Source: Nageia nagi
Lineage: Eukaryota > Plantae > Pinophyta
Direction of reading: 5' to 3'
DNA: 64,000 bases
Assembly (NCBI GenBank): GCA_050084985.1
Contig: JBITNC010000001.1
Coordinates: forward strand, 148,924,001-148,988,000
Below are positions 1 through 14,399 of the stretch, piece by piece (positions within the stretch are counted from its first letter, which is position 1; every line of letters begins with the position of its first letter). The notes under the pieces are model-generated. The model saw nothing but the letters and a program-made list of their open reading frames with translations, was not told the origin of the DNA and ran no database searches. A program made the translations under genes and the position numbers.

Positions 1-2597
1 AAAGTACCAACAGGATGATGGATAGATTAGATAGAGAGGACGAAGATGACTACTTCAAGGATCTGACTACTGTTAGGTTGGAAGGATCTATGGAGGAGTA
101 TGTGGCGGAATTCCAGAGGATTGTAGTGATGGTTCCTAGCATTTCTGAGAAGAGGGTCACTTTCCTCTTCATAGAGGGTTGGCAGAACCATTAAGGGGCT
201 TAGTCAAAGCCTTCTTCTCTACGCAGTTGTAGGACATCATCAAGAGGGTGTTGGACCTTGAGCCTGACACCTCTACCCAAGCCATCCAAACCCTAATGAG
301 GGCCTTGATACCTACTTCACCCAATGTCAAGGTAAAATTGCTGAATTCAACCAAACAATTACATTTGAAAGTTTTGTTAATATTATGGGGAAGAAGATAG
401 GATAAGGGAATGATTATTATGACAAGAAACACCTACAAAAGATGCAAGTACCTATGTTTGATGGTAACACCCCTACACCTAGGGCTTTGTTAGAAAAGCT
501 TCAAACCTACTTCAGTCTTTGCCCTACGAGAGAGATAGATGCAATCAAATTTGCCTCCTTTCCCATTAATGGCATAGCATATGAGTGGTGGCACAATGGG
601 TTGACTACCTTAGGGCATAACAAGGTTGTCATCTTTGAAGAATTTTGCCAAAGAGTTCTTGATAGGTTTGAGAGAAAGGATGAGGAAGAATACTTTAGAG
701 AGATGGTTGCACTACACCAAGTCACTTCCATGGGCAACTATGTTGAAAAATTTCAAAGGATTTCAGTCATGGTTTTGGATGTATCGGATAAGAGGATAGC
801 TTTTCTCTCTATTGAAGGACTTAAGGAAACCTTGGAGGGATTGTCAAAGCGTTTGACCGACCTACTCTATAGGATGCAATCAATAGGGTTGTTACTCTCG
901 AAGATTCTAGCCTTCTAAGGACCAAGCAAGTGACACCATACCATAAACCTAGCGTGGGAGCACCATTAAAGAAGGACACATCACCAACAAGAAGAGATTC
1001 ATCAAGTGGGAAGGCCACGCTTGTTCCTTTTGTTACATACACAAGAAGAACCAAGGATAAGAGGAATAAAGGAATGAACTACGAAGGAAGAATATATGTT
1101 TAAGTTGTAAATAGCCTTGGACACCAGGTCACTGTTACCTTGGCAAAGAAGTTGTACATTGAGGTCTTTTTAGAAGAAGAGTCATCCGATGAGGAACATG
1201 AGGGCAGTGATGAGTGTAATGAGGATGAGCCCTCATGTAGAACCATGAACACACAAAGACCCAATCCTAAGTCTACTACACCAACGGTATCAAGAGGATG
1301 AACCTTAGCTACTTTTAGTGGTATAAATCAATACTCCACTATCAAGGTTCCAAGAGAAGTTTTGGGAGAGAATGTTCTAGTGTTGATAGAAAGAGGTGCT
1401 ACCCATAGCTTTGTCAATGAGAAGCTAGCCATTGCCAAGAAGATGAAGATTGAACCATTTCTGGGTTTTGATGTGATACTTGAAAATGGGAACATCACAC
1501 CTTGGAAGAAGTATGTGCCCAAGATGAAGATTAGTTTGAAAGACTACACTATTGAAGATGACTTTTTCATCTTCCCTTTGGGAGACTCGCCTCATGTTGT
1601 TTTGGGGTTAACATGGTTGGTATCCTTGGGAGACTACACCACCGACCATTCAACCTTGCAATTCAAGTTCAAGAGTGAAGGCTGCGAAATCATAGTTCAA
1701 GGCATCAAAGAAGACAAGAACCAAAACGCTTCCATTAAGAGATTAGGGGCAACCACATTAAGAATTGAAGAAGAGATTGCTTCAAGCATGGGGCGGCAAG
1801 AGGATAGAAGGAAGCCATTCGAACAAAGGTGGACTTTAACGCCAAGGGGCATCCAAGAAGATGGTACACATGTGACTCCATTTACTTTTAGTTCCTCTTC
1901 ACATTCTTTTATTGTTAAAAATAAAATTAGTCCTTCATTTTAACTAGAAATGTTAAAGCCCCACCAAGCATTTTCTAGAAAGCTTAGGATGACCACTAGG
2001 CCTCATATATATGGGAAAATACTAGCCTCAAGAGACATCCCTCATTTACCCACCAAGAGAATAAAAAGGGATTTTAGAGAGCTCATCAAACCATTGATTA
2101 AAGCCATCAAATACCCCACTCTCAAATTAAAAGGGCACCTTATGGGAGAATTCATCTTCATGCTAGTAGACAATGGAGCCATGAATAACTTTATTGATGA
2201 GGCATTTGTCCTTGGAACAAACTTGGAAAGAGTAGAAACTCAAGATTTTGGAGTCACCAATGCTAGGGGATATCAAATCCTATGCAAATGGATGATTAGA
2301 GATCTTAAGTTGACTATTAGGAACTACACTATCCTAGATGACTTCTATGTTTACCCCATGGGTGGCTCTCCTCATATTGTTCTAGGAGTCCAATGGTTGT
2401 ATCAATTGGGAAATGTCACTTTTAATTATCTAAAGTTGGAAATGAGCTTCTTTGAACAAGGACTAAGGTTTACATTGAGAAGCGTCCATCCTACACATCC
2501 ATTGATAAGCTTGAATAGTTTGGAAAACACTTATGAAGATCTCCCAAGCGAAATCATTCCCATGAACCATGAAAATGGTAAACTCGGTTTAAAGTAA
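1..2597 (+). pseudogene. Degenerate Ty3/gypsy gag-gag-protease-protease coding block; no RT/RNaseH/integrase seen
   Basis: 1-260 reads RMMDRLDREDEDDYFKDL...EEYVAEFQRI...RVTFLFIEG (gag C-part). 442-918 is a second gag (YEWWHNG, DRFERKDEEEYF), followed by a zinc-knuckle-like remnant at about 1095-1140. Aspartic protease motifs: VLIERGATHSF (1362-1943) and MLVDNGAMNNF (1950-2597). Stops and frameshifts present; the 5' end lies outside the window. Confidence 0.8.
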
Positions 2598-4116
2598 GGG
2601 AAGCCTTGGTTAGAAAAAGGCAAGGGTATAGCCACAGCACTTGAGTCACCACTTGCATTTTGCGGCCAACAAACAAGGCATCTTCTTTGTGATAAGAGCA
2701 GCAGTAGCAACATCACTCATAACATCATTACAAGGCAGCCTTTGATAGCAAAAATCAGTCTCAACATCTACACTTCATGGGAAAGTAACATGATTGGTTT
2801 AGACAGCAGTGATCTCAGTTTTGGGAAAGTTTATGTACAGCCTTTGATAGCAAGAAACAGTTCTAGCTCTCACACCACATGGAAGAGCCATACAGTTGAA
2901 TTTTATGACAGTTTGTGGAGCATATTTTCATCCCTTGGATGCATAGTTTGGGATGCATGAAGTTAAAGTACATCGCCAAAAGTTTGCTTCAAACAACAAC
3001 AAATAGGGACAGCAGTACTCCTACAAGTTATGGCAGCATTTGCATTATAGAAGAAGGTAAAAAAACATCTCTAACAGCAAAGGGCAGCCAAGTTACCATC
3101 TCTGACTTTTATGACAGTCCTAGGGATTTTGCCGCCATTAGAGAATTATTTCACATGCCATCATTGAAATTGATGTATGCTCACCTTGTGGACGACAAGG
3201 TATGAGGTTTCCAAGAATACATGACAGTCTTTTTCATCCTTATAACAGCAGTACACTTTCTAGCATGTTTTCATTTTTGGTTACAAAGGAAGGGGACAGA
3301 TTTGTAGTGGATGCACATCTCAGTTTGAGAGGGTTAAGTACATTGTCTGAAAGTATACATGGCATGTTTTCACATAGTGATCCGTAAACCCTACTTCAGG
3401 TTTTAATTTGGATCTTCACACTTTATTTTTTTAGTGCTTGTGGAAATTAAAATCAATCACACAAAAAGATTGACACAGTTTTTACCCTGGTTCGACCGAT
3501 GTGGTATACATCCAGCAAATAGCAATCCATTATTGGATGCATTATTGCTTGCTTAAGTTTTCAAAATTGATTGTTGTTTTGGCCCTTTTGGGTTATCGGT
3601 GTGTGATTGCTTGATTATGTAACATGTGGATAAATCTTGAATATTAGAGTACAAATTTGTAATGAGATATGACAATTCCCTCTTTCAAATTTAGTGAATG
3701 TTTTGTAAATAATAGCATCTTCAAGTAGAGCAAAAGGCCAGAACATTGTGTTAGCTGAACTCTGTAGCTAGAAGGAAACTGTGTCCTTGACCAAGGAAAC
3801 CAGCACTTGAACCTGAGCCACAATTTGCAGAGAGACTTATCTTTTCAAGACTAAGGAAACTTAGATTTCACAAGCGACAATAGATTCTATTTAGAAAGCT
3901 TCAATTAACAATTTCTGATGTTTGTAGTGTAGTTGGTCCCTATATTAAGAACAATATGTCTTTTTACTTGCATGATTGAATATGGCCTTTATTCATTAAA
4001 TTTAATTTGATATTGGCAGATATAATTTAAAGGCTGGATTGTATAGTAACAGAAATATTATATGCAAGGATGCATGTAGTTGACATTTTCTTCAAACTTC
4101 TTTGATTGTGTTCTAG

Positions 4117-4271
4117 ATTCATTACTTTTGAGGATTGTCGAAGTGTCAACCACCTCGAGTGATAGACAAACTAAAATAGTTGGTAGTGAGCTGCTTCATG
4201 CTATATGCTTAGTCATGCTTGGAAATGCTGCTAAAGGACCTATAGGTATCAAAGGTCAAGAAGATCAAAGT
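4117..4271 (+). CDS. PRKDC: DNA-PKcs internal exon (first in window)
   Basis: ttctag|AT...CAAAGT|gtaagt. Encodes DSLLLRIVEVSTTSSDRQTKIVGSELLHAICLVMLGNA, resembling vertebrate DNA-PKcs ..[35 protein letters not shown].. Confidence 0.9.
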
Positions 4272-4922
4272 GTAAGTAATTTAATTATGTTTTCATGTTT
4301 TTTTAATATTCTGTTTCTCAGTTTTAGAATAACATTCCATTTCACCAACTGGTTAGGAATGGTAGAAACGTTTGTGTAGATCAACGAATATATTTCTTAA
4401 TAGTGTAAGCATTCTTTAGTATCAATAATCACATATAGATATTATTTAAGTAGGTGACCAAGTGTGATTGGGATTTCAGGTTATTGATTTATATGGAACT
4501 CATGTTCAGTTTCTAGTTGCATTGTATGTGGGAATTCCAAAGATACATAGGGACACGTTTGCCCCTTGGAAGTTGTGGGGCAGTGGGATGGCTCAGGAAC
4601 ATCTTTTTATTTTATTTTTTGTTCAGTTTTTATTTATTTATTTATTTTTTTGTTAGAACTCAGCAAACAAAATGTAAAAAACAACAGAACTATTAAAAGA
4701 CAGCTTCGATCGTTTATTAATCTCAAAGAACATTACACTTTTTTCACACTCTATCAACTTCAAGATGACCTCTTTATAGAAAACAAAGTAACCTATCTAA
4801 AGATAGTGTTTATTAATAGGGCGTTTATTTATAACGTCAAATAATAGAATAATTGTAAGTCTATTAATAGAACAACAATACGTCTAATAATATAACAAAT
4901 TTACATCTATAAATAGAACAAC

Positions 4923-6219
4923 TGTTGGGATCCTTGGTATTCTTTTGAAGATTATGTCTGCCACAGGACTTGGAGAGTTGATTAGACTTATTTATTGGAT
5001 AAAGCATCTTGTGGGAAACGTTTTGACATGTTATACGACATGGTTTCATCAAGAAAGGAAAGAGTTATAGCCTATTGAAGTTTGCCAGTGGGATCGGTCT
5101 TCAATACCGCATCCGTGCACTGAAATCCAAGAACGTCACCATATTGACCCCTTGGAATGTGACGTCCATATCTTTGGGATATGAGTTTGTTAGTTATGAT
5201 ATTTCGGTGTGAGTTTGATAGTTAAGATTAGATCTAATGTATTTTATCATTATGATAATGGGGGCCACTTGCATGAGTTGTAATACATGATTCCAAATTT
5301 CCAAGGCATATTAATAATTGTAAGTGCAATATTAGTCTCCAATGATGAGGCGTTGCATATCTAGCCATTGGATCTTGTAATATGGATCGTTAGATGTGAT
5401 TATTGGCATCCCTAGGTATATGCATGATTTTTGGGTGAGATCGAGATCTAGGAGGAAACTATATAAAGGAGATTCACATCATTGCAACGATATACTGAAT
5501 TTGATATCGAAACCCCTTCTTCTATTCTAACACTTGGTGGTGTTAAGCACCCTTAAATGTGTAGACCAAGGAGAGTCTAGGAGGCTTGGAACACCTTGTG
5601 ACTAGCGGTAGAGGTGAGTGCTCCTGCTGTGAGGTTGCCCTACTTTGAGGCGTCCACAACGGTCTGCATCTTTGAATCCATCCGATGGTATTCCAGAACT
5701 ATATTCGATCTCTTTGCTAGGAGCTAGCCTATGAAGGAGCCCTTCAATGCGGCATCCACAGATTTGGTAGAGTGTGGTTGTTCTACAATGGTTTCGCCAA
5801 CAGTATTTATCCTTGTATATCAGTCTGCCTTAGTTGGCTCCTTGGAGGCCAATGGTTAGCCCTCTTGGGCATGGTATTGTATTGATCTCATCATTATTCA
5901 TTAATCCATCCGTGGCACATTTGGATCTCTCTATTTGTCTTATATTGTGATGTGTTGATACTATATTATTCCTCCTCGTGTGATGTCATAATTTCTGGAT
6001 TGTTATTGATGCATTATGCTTCATAAATGTGTTCCTAAGTATGACGTTGGCTTGTAGAAGAGATATTTTGCTTGAAGGGTGCATTGTGGGGTTTCCTGTC
6101 TCATTGTTTGAATTATTTGCTGCCCTAGATTAGTTCGTGGCATGCCTGGAAGCTTAGTTTGATATTTATTTGATAATTGTTTGGCTAATTTCCACGTTGA
6201 GAATATTTCAATTTTTACA
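4923..6219. mobile_element. Solo LTR (~1.3 kb) inserted in the copia 3' LTR
   Basis: Ends tgttggga...tttttaca; TSD acaac/acaat. The copia LTR sequence resumes afterwards. TATA-like tatataaag at about 5460; no coding remnants. Confidence 0.75.
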
Positions 6220-7699
6220 ACAATTATACACCTATTAATAGATCTAGAACATTGTGCACTACTCTATTGTGGAACATTGAAGATCTAGATATTTTCTTCA
6301 CCTCCTAACATTCTTCCACTTGAAGTCGATGTACATGAACTACTTGCCTATGTTTCTTTTTCAAGTGCAAATTGCCTAATGTTTCCTTGATTATGTTTTA
6401 AACAAGCCCAAAAAAGTTATGCACCAATCAAACTTCTCTCTATAGTAAATAACAACATCCGAAGTTTCCCTTAAATATCTAAAAATCCACTTTACAACAA
6501 TCCAATGATGTCTATCATGATTCACTATGAATTAGCTAACAACTCCCATTGCTTGGGCAATGTACAAAATGGTGCTTACCATAGCGAACATGAGGCTTCC
6601 TATTATTGATGAATACAGTACATGAGCAATGCTTGTCTTCTCTGCTTTTGTACTAGGATTCTGTATGGAAGATAATTTGATGTGTGGAAAAAGTGCAGTG
6701 GTATGTCTTTTCATTATGCATATTGAAGTGTTTTAGAATCTTTTCTTCATATGAGTTTTGACTTAACCATATCTTCCTTCTTATTTGGTCCATGTGTATC
6801 CTTATACCCATGATTTGGTTTGCCATTCCTTAATCCTTCATATCAAATGTCCTAACCACTTGACCCTTGAGATCATTGACTCTCTTCATGCTAGGGCCTA
6901 CAACTAGCATATCATCAACATACAACAACAAAATAATGATACTACCATCATCAAACCTCTTTTAATATGCACAATTATTAGCTTCACTTTTGTTGAAGCT
7001 TTGGCTCTTCATGAAGGTATCAAAATTTCTATACCACATGCTTGGCACCACTTTTAAACCATAGAAATATATCTCAAGTATGTAAACTAAATTCTCTTTG
7101 CCTCTTTTATCACAGGATGATCCATCTAAATCTGTTCCTCAAGATCACCTGCAGGAAAGTAGTATTCACATCAATCTACTCCAATTTTAGATTGTATGTT
7201 ACAAGTAAAACTTTAATAGTAGCTTCACAATTGGTGAAAATATTTTTTAAAGTCTATACCTAACTTCTGACTTTTGTGCTTAACCTTTTTCCACTAAGAA
7301 AGCTTTATATTCACTTTCATCCTTGTTCATATGTACTTCAACTGGCACAACCTTAGGTGTTAGTTGTTTCTCCTTCCTTTGTATGGGTTTTTAATTAACA
7401 AATAGCATTTTGGCTAATAATGACCTTGAGGGTAGTAATACCTCACAATCTATTCTCCTTCACTATATCTACAAAGCCGTGTGCATCTAGTAAACCGAAC
7501 ACTCTTTTGTTTACCAAGAATATAGTGCTCACACAAGTGTAAAGTACAAGGCTTAATCCCATAAAGCATACTTCGATCATGCAAAGTTTTCAGTCTTTTT
7601 TCATTCATATGCCCTATGTGCTAATACCATTGCATCTCTACATCTTGAGCATTACTTGAAGTTGTTATTGCATGGTTTGTCACAAGTCATCGTATCATC

Positions 7700-10600
7700 T
7701 GTAATGAACCAAAAATAAAAATAAAAAATAAAAATACAAAAAAAAAAGCATAGGGTCCCTTATGTTATAAAATAAAGTTAATATATTATTGTGTTATGTT
7801 ATAATAAATAAAAAAGGGGCCAACGTAGCTAGGAGACATAACATTGTTAAGTTATGGTCAATAAGAAATTAAAAGAGGCATGGTATATAAAGGGATTTTA
7901 GAAGTTGTGTGGGGAGGATGTCATTTTGCATTTTGTGAATTTGGAGTCCTTGTGATTCTAGAGAGTGAGGCTGCTCCTTGCACAAACAATTCAGGAAGTT
8001 AGGGTTGCTCCTTAACGTTGGGCTGTATTTTTGATGGTTGCTCCTTCAAGGTTTGTTTTTGCTCAGAAGAATATAGTGATATATTTTGAGGAGAATTCAG
8101 TGATTGCTTCCATTGGCAGATCAGGGGTTTTGTCATGGCTCTAGTGCTGATGAAGATGTGTTTTTTCTTCATACTAGCAGATCAGCCATTGCATGCATTG
8201 ATTCAGTGAGTAGATGTCGATAAAAGAGTTTTCAAACCCACATGCATTCCCACAGCCAACCAATCAGTGCATTGTTCCAGCTAGACGTCAGGTTTAGAGG
8301 GGTTGCTTAGCTACTTTTCATTGTAATTTCTTTCTGATTCTGCTAAAGTTAATAAATCTGAGCTTTTACTTTCTGCAGTTGATTATTGAGCTGTGATCTC
8401 CATACTATTAGTTGTCATAATTGTGATTTATGGTTGCATGTTAAGTTTTTTTACGTGATTTATATGATCCCTAGTGAAAAAGAGCAAAAGGTTTGTTAAA
8501 AGTGGTATCAAAGCTTGGATCTTGCCAGCCTGTGGAAAAATCATCAGGAATAAGGTGCATGCAAGGTTTCTTTTTGCATGTAGTGTTGCTTTTTTGCATG
8601 CAAGGTTGCTTTTTCTCATGCAATTACTTGCACTGACATACAAAACATATCTGGAGGTTTTGATTAGATCAGAAATCCTCATAGTTGGAGTTTTGGTTGT
8701 CCATGTTAGATATTGTGTTCAGATCTGGGTAATCTAACCCTTTGTGTAGTCACATAAAAGTTTCAGTGGTGATTTATGAGTGAAAAACCGGAAATCAAGT
8801 ATACATATGAGTTGAGACCGAGAAGAGTGAGACAAGAGACGGGTCAGCAAGAACATAAATTAGCAGAGGAAGAATATCAATTGGAAGAGGAAGCCTACGC
8901 AGCAATGGAAGAACACAAAAATAGTAATCAAGGGGATGATGGTGCAGATAGATTTGAGAGGAAATTAGACAGTCTCGTAACTCTTATGACACAATTGGTC
9001 CAACAACAACGAAAGGGGCAAAGGCAATCTTCTAGATCATGTATTTGTGGAGATGCTTTGCATCAGGGGGAAGTTTCATTTCAGCAAAGGGATTTGGGGA
9101 GTCCCTCTTACTCACAAACTACAATTTCCAAGCCTAGTAAACCAATGTTAATCAAAAAAGAGAGTGAGGAGAACATGTAAGGGGACTTGGATGAATTATT
9201 TGCTCAATACCAGGAAAAAGGAGAAAATTTTAGGGTTGCAGTATCATTTGACAAATATTTGGAAATCATTGGGAAACAAGTCCATGAGAAGAGGCCTCAT
9301 GATAAAAAACTTCAATAGAAAATGCAAATGTCTACTTTCAATGGGGTGGATGGGTTATCATCTAGAGCATGGCTTGAAAAACTCCAAACTTACTTCACTT
9401 TGGACGCTATGGCGGAAGAAGATGCAATCCAATTTGCTGCTCTAAATTTGGATGGTATGGCCTACGATTGGTGGCATCATGGTCTCATTACTCAAGGACA
9501 TGCATTGGTGAGTACATTTGATGAATTTTGCCGAAATGTTTTGACAAGATTTGATAAAAAAGATGTAGAAGAATACTTCAAAGAATTGGCTACCTTAAAG
9601 CAAACTTCTTCTTTGAATGAATAGATTGAGGCGTTTGAGCAAATTTCAGTGCAAGTGCAAAACATATCTGCAAGGAGAGTAATTTTTTAATTTGTTGATG
9701 GCTTATTGGACCCTTGCGAGGGTTAGTAAAATCTTTTGAGCCTCCCTCTCTTGAAGAGGCATTTAAAAGGGCCATGACATTGGACAATGTGTTGCCATCA
9801 AGGCAAAAATATATTGCTCATAATATGCCAGGTAAACATGGACAATCAAGAACAGGCATAACAGTCCCTAAACATGACAGCAGCATGACGTCATCCTTTG
9901 GGAAGGGAAAAAGTGCACAAAGGCAGCCATTTAAACCCTCTAGCTCTCCTACGTTAGTAGCAGCAAAAGCTTTTGGAAAAGAAAGAGATGAGTTAAGGAG
10001 GAAGCAACTTTGTTTTTCTTGCAAGGCTCGTTGGACTTTGGGACATAGTTGTCAAAGGAGAGGACAAATGCATTTAATACAGGTTGTTTCAGATAGTGAT
10101 AATTCAAAAAAAGATAGTGAAAGTGGAAGTGACAATGAAGTGTATGAGACTCCACCGGAAGATGTTACACAAGGAGGCACTCTTGCTACTTTGAATGGGT
10201 TGACTACATACAAAACCATCAAAGTACCTGGCTCTACTATGGAAGAAGATGTAATAGTCCTTATTGATGGAGGGGCTACGCATAATTTCATTGATGAAAG
10301 GCTGGTTGCAAAAAAGAGGTTAAAAGCTATGTGCCTTGTAGTAGGTTTGTTAAGAACATTAAAGTCAGCTTTGAAAATTATGAGTTGACTAGTGATGTCT
10401 TTGTTTTTCCTTTGGGTGGAATTCCTCACATGGTTTTAGGTGTGCAATGGTTGTATACTCTTGGTGAATATTCAACTAATTATCAGAAATTGGAATTGAA
10501 GTTTAAGGTAAATGGCAAGGGGGTGGTGTTATGTGGATTGGGAGATAATGGGGATGAGAACACTTGCAAAATTTTAGAGGTTTCTTTTAAAAGAATGGAG

Positions 10601-13600
10601 CGCATGATTAGAAAGAAAGATGTTGTGTGGGCTGCCATGATTTTTCAAAATGAAGGTAAATAAGTCGCTAAACTCTATCCACAAATCGATTTGATTCTTA
10701 AAAAGCATAAGAGAGTTTTTGAAGATTTGCCTAAGGGGTTGCCACCTAGTAGGGGATTTCAGCATACTATTGAGTTAGAGCCTAACTCCAAACCTATAAT
10801 AATCAAGCCATATAGACATCCCAAATTATTTAAAGATGAAATTGAAAAAGCCATAAAAGAGTTGTTGGAAATGGGTCACATAAGGCCAAGTTGTAGTCCA
10901 TTTGCTTCCCCAGTTGTTTTGGTAAAAAAAAAAGATGGTACTATGAGAATATGCATAGATTATAGAGCTATTAATAAAAAAACTATAAAAAATAGGTACC
11001 CTATACCTAGGGTGGATGAGCTCATAGATGAATTGTGTGGGGATACTTACTTTTCAAAAATTGATTTAAAATCTGGATATCATCCAATTAGAATGAAAGA
11101 TGAGGATGTTTATAAGACAGCTTTTAGAGCACATTTTGGGTACTTTGAATTTTTGGTTATGCCTTTTGGATTAACAAATGCTCCAGCTACCTTTCAATCC
11201 ACCATGAATCAGATTTTTAAAAATGAGTTGTGGCACTTTGTATTAGTCTTTTTTGATGATATTCTTGTGTATAGCAAATCTTGGGATGAGCATTTGCAAC
11301 ACTTGGAATCACTTTTGGAGATTCTTGAACAGCAGCAATTTTTTGCTAAGATGTTTGAGTGTGAGTTTGCAATGACAGAAATTTTATATCTTGGGCACAT
11401 TATTGGTAGGGATGGTGTGAAGGTAGACCTAAAAAAAATTGAAGCTATACAAAATTGGCCTATTCCTACAAATTTAACAGAATTGAGGCGATTCATTGGT
11501 CTTTGCAGTTATTACAGGAGGTTCATTAGGTGATTTTCATCTTTGGGTGTGCCACTTACAGAGTTAACCAAGAAAGGTGCTTTTTCTTGGTCCAAGGAGG
11601 CTCACGCAGCATATGAAAAATTGAAAGAGGATGTGTCATCTACTCCTTTGCTTGCTATTCCTGATTTTTCTTTACCATTCACTATTGATTGTGATGCATC
11701 AGGAATTGGAGTAGGTTGTATTTTGATGCAAAAGGGGTGTCCTATTGCTTTTGAAAATAGAAAACTCACTTCTATTGAACGTACTTTCAGTGTATATGAC
11801 AAAGAAATGCTTGCTATCATGTATGCTTTGACAAAATTTAAACAATATTTGGTGTGTGGCAAGTTTATAGTGAGGAGTGATCATAACAGCCTTAAGTATT
11901 TCTTGGGACAGCAAGAGTTGAATGATAGACAGCAGAAATGGGTAACAAAATTGCAATCCTATGACTTTGAAATTGAATTTATTAAGGGTAAAAAGAATTC
12001 TGCTGCCAATGCATTTTCAAGAACTCCTATTTTTCATTCCATGTCCATTATTACTGCTGATTGGAAGGCAAATATCATGGCTGTGTATGTTAAAAATGAA
12101 TGGACAACGAAACTAATCAGTGGGGATGTGAAAGATGACAGGTACAGCATGCATGATGGACTGATTTTTTACAAAAACAGAGTATATATCACTACTGATT
12201 CAAAGTTAAAGGAGAAACTTATTAGCCTCTTACATGAAGCACCAAGTGTGGGCCATCCTGGGTTCTTCAAAACGTATCAAAAGGTAAAAGAAAGATTTGT
12301 TTGGAAAGGGCTAAAGTATGATGTACTTAAGCATGTTAGGGAATGCGCTCTTTGTCAAGAGAACAAAAGTGGAAATACTTTACCATCAGGACTTTTGCAG
12401 CCCCTATGTATTTCAAGCCAAAAATGGGAGAGTATTTCTATGGATTTTATCATAGGCCTCCCTAAAGTTTTTGGTGAGGATTGTATTTATGTGGTGGTTG
12501 ATAGGCTCACAAAATTTGCTCATTTCTTTGCTATTACTTCTTCATACACAACTATACAAGTAGCTGATTTGTTCTTCAAGGAGATATTCAGATTGCATGG
12601 GTTGCCATGCACTATTGTAAGTGATAGATATAGCAATTTCGTGAGTAATTTTTGGCAGGAGTTCTTTAAATTGTGTGGTACTTCTTTAACTCCTAGTACT
12701 AGCTATCATCCACAAACGGATGGTCAAACTGAAGCGGTAAATAAGTGGCTTGAAGGTTATCTATGCAATTATGTTTCCACTCAACAGCATGCTTGGATTA
12801 GATGGTTATATATGGCTGAGTATTGTTATAATTCCTCCTACCACATATCTATTAGAATGTCACCATTTATAGCATTGTATGGTTATGATGCACCAAACAT
12901 GATTGACATGCTAATGAGTGATAGTAGGGTGCCCAAGGCAAAGGATTTTGTTGAAGATCATCAAGACATTTGGAGGGTATTGAAGGATAAAATACAGCAA
13001 GCACAACAGCAGCAAAAAAGGTATGTTGATCAGCGAAGAGTAGAGCGTTAATTTCAGATTGGTGACATGGTTTATGTTAGGTTGCAACCTTACAAACAGT
13101 CCTCTTTGAAGAAGAGTGGTTCAGAAAAATTAAAGCCAAAATTTTATGGCCCATTTAAGGTTGTTCAGAAAGTGGGTGAGGTTGCTTACGTGCTTGAGCT
13201 TCTAGAAAATAGCAAGATTCACAATGTTTTTCATGTTTCATGCCTCAAGAAGGCTTTGGGATAGCATGTGGTTCATTCGTTGGAATTACCAGCTTTGGAT
13301 GCTGAGGGCAAGTTGATCCTTGAACCTGAAAATGTTTTGGAACAAAGGGAGAGGAAGTTAAGGAATAGAATTAACAAAGAATATCTCATTAAATGGAGAG
13401 GATTGCCACTTGAGAATGCCACTTGGGAGGGAGAAGCCATTCTTACTCATCTATCATTGCAATTGCTTGAGGACAATCAATTTGAGGAGGGTGGATTTGT
13501 AATGAACCAAAAATAAAAATAAAAAATAAAAATATATATAAAAAAAGAATAGGGTCCCTTATATTATAAAATAAAGTTATTATATTAGTGTGGTGTGTTA

Positions 13601-14308
13601 TAATAAATAAAAAAGGGGCCGACGTAGCTAGGAGACATAACATTGTTAAGTTATGGTCAATAAGAAATTAGAAGAGGCATGGTATATAAAGGGATTTTAG
13701 AAGTTGTGTGGGGAGGATGTCACTTTGCATTTTGTGAATTTAGACTCCTTGTGATTCTAGAGAATGAGGTTGCTCCTTACTCAAACAATTCAGGAAGTTA
13801 GGGTTGCTTCTTAACCTTGGGTTATATTTCTGAAGGTTGCTCCTTCAAGGTTTGTTTTTGCTCAGAAGAATATAGTGATATATTTTGAGGAGAAGTCAGT
13901 GATTGGTTCCATTGGCAAATCAAGGGGTTTGTGACGGCTCTAGTGCAGATGAAGATGTGTTTTTTCTTCATACTAGCAGATCAGCCATTGCATGCGTTGA
14001 TTCAGTGAGTAGAGGTGGATAAAAGAGTTTTCAGACCCACATGCATTCATGCAGCTAGACAATCAGTGCACAGTTCCAGCTAGACGTCAAGTTTAGAGGG
14101 GTTGCCTAGCTACTTTTCATTGTAATTTCTTTCTGATTTTGCTGAAGTTAATAAATTTGAGCTTTGACTTTTTGAAGTTGATTATTGAGCTATGATCTCT
14201 ATACTATTAGTTGTCATAATTGTGATTTATAGTTGCATGTTAAGTATGTTATGTTTTTCTGTGTGATTTACATGATCCCTAGTTAAAAAGAGAAAAAGGT
14301 TTGTTAAA
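7700..14308 (+). mobile_element. Full-length Ty3/gypsy chromovirus (Reina-like) nested in the copia element
   Basis: LTRs 7700-8500 and 13498-14308; perfect TSD tcatc. PBS tggtatcaaagc at 8503-8514; PPT gaggagggtgga at about 13484-13495. Domain order gag-PR-RT-RNaseH-INT-chromodomain. Confidence 0.97.
8776..13516 (+). pseudogene. Chromovirus gag-pol polyprotein, disrupted by stops and frameshifts
   Basis: Gag YDWWHHG; protease LIDGGATHNF; RT VMPFGLTNAPATFQ and VFFDDILVY; RNaseH CDASGIG; integrase HHCC and YHPQTDGQTE; FYGPF; chromodomain EYLIKWRGLPLENATWE. Stops at about 9178, 9622, 10661, 11531, 13049 and 13262. Confidence 0.95.
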
Positions 14309-14399
14309 TCATCGCTCAAATGATATAGGTTTGCATAAGATTCTCCTTTTGCTACCACTAAGGCTTCTTTGGTAATTCTGGAAGAATTATTATCAAAAG

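Noticed and set aside
9590-11956. Antisense ORFs over pol (and similar ones over the giant exon)
   Set aside because: Short shadow frames with no motifs.
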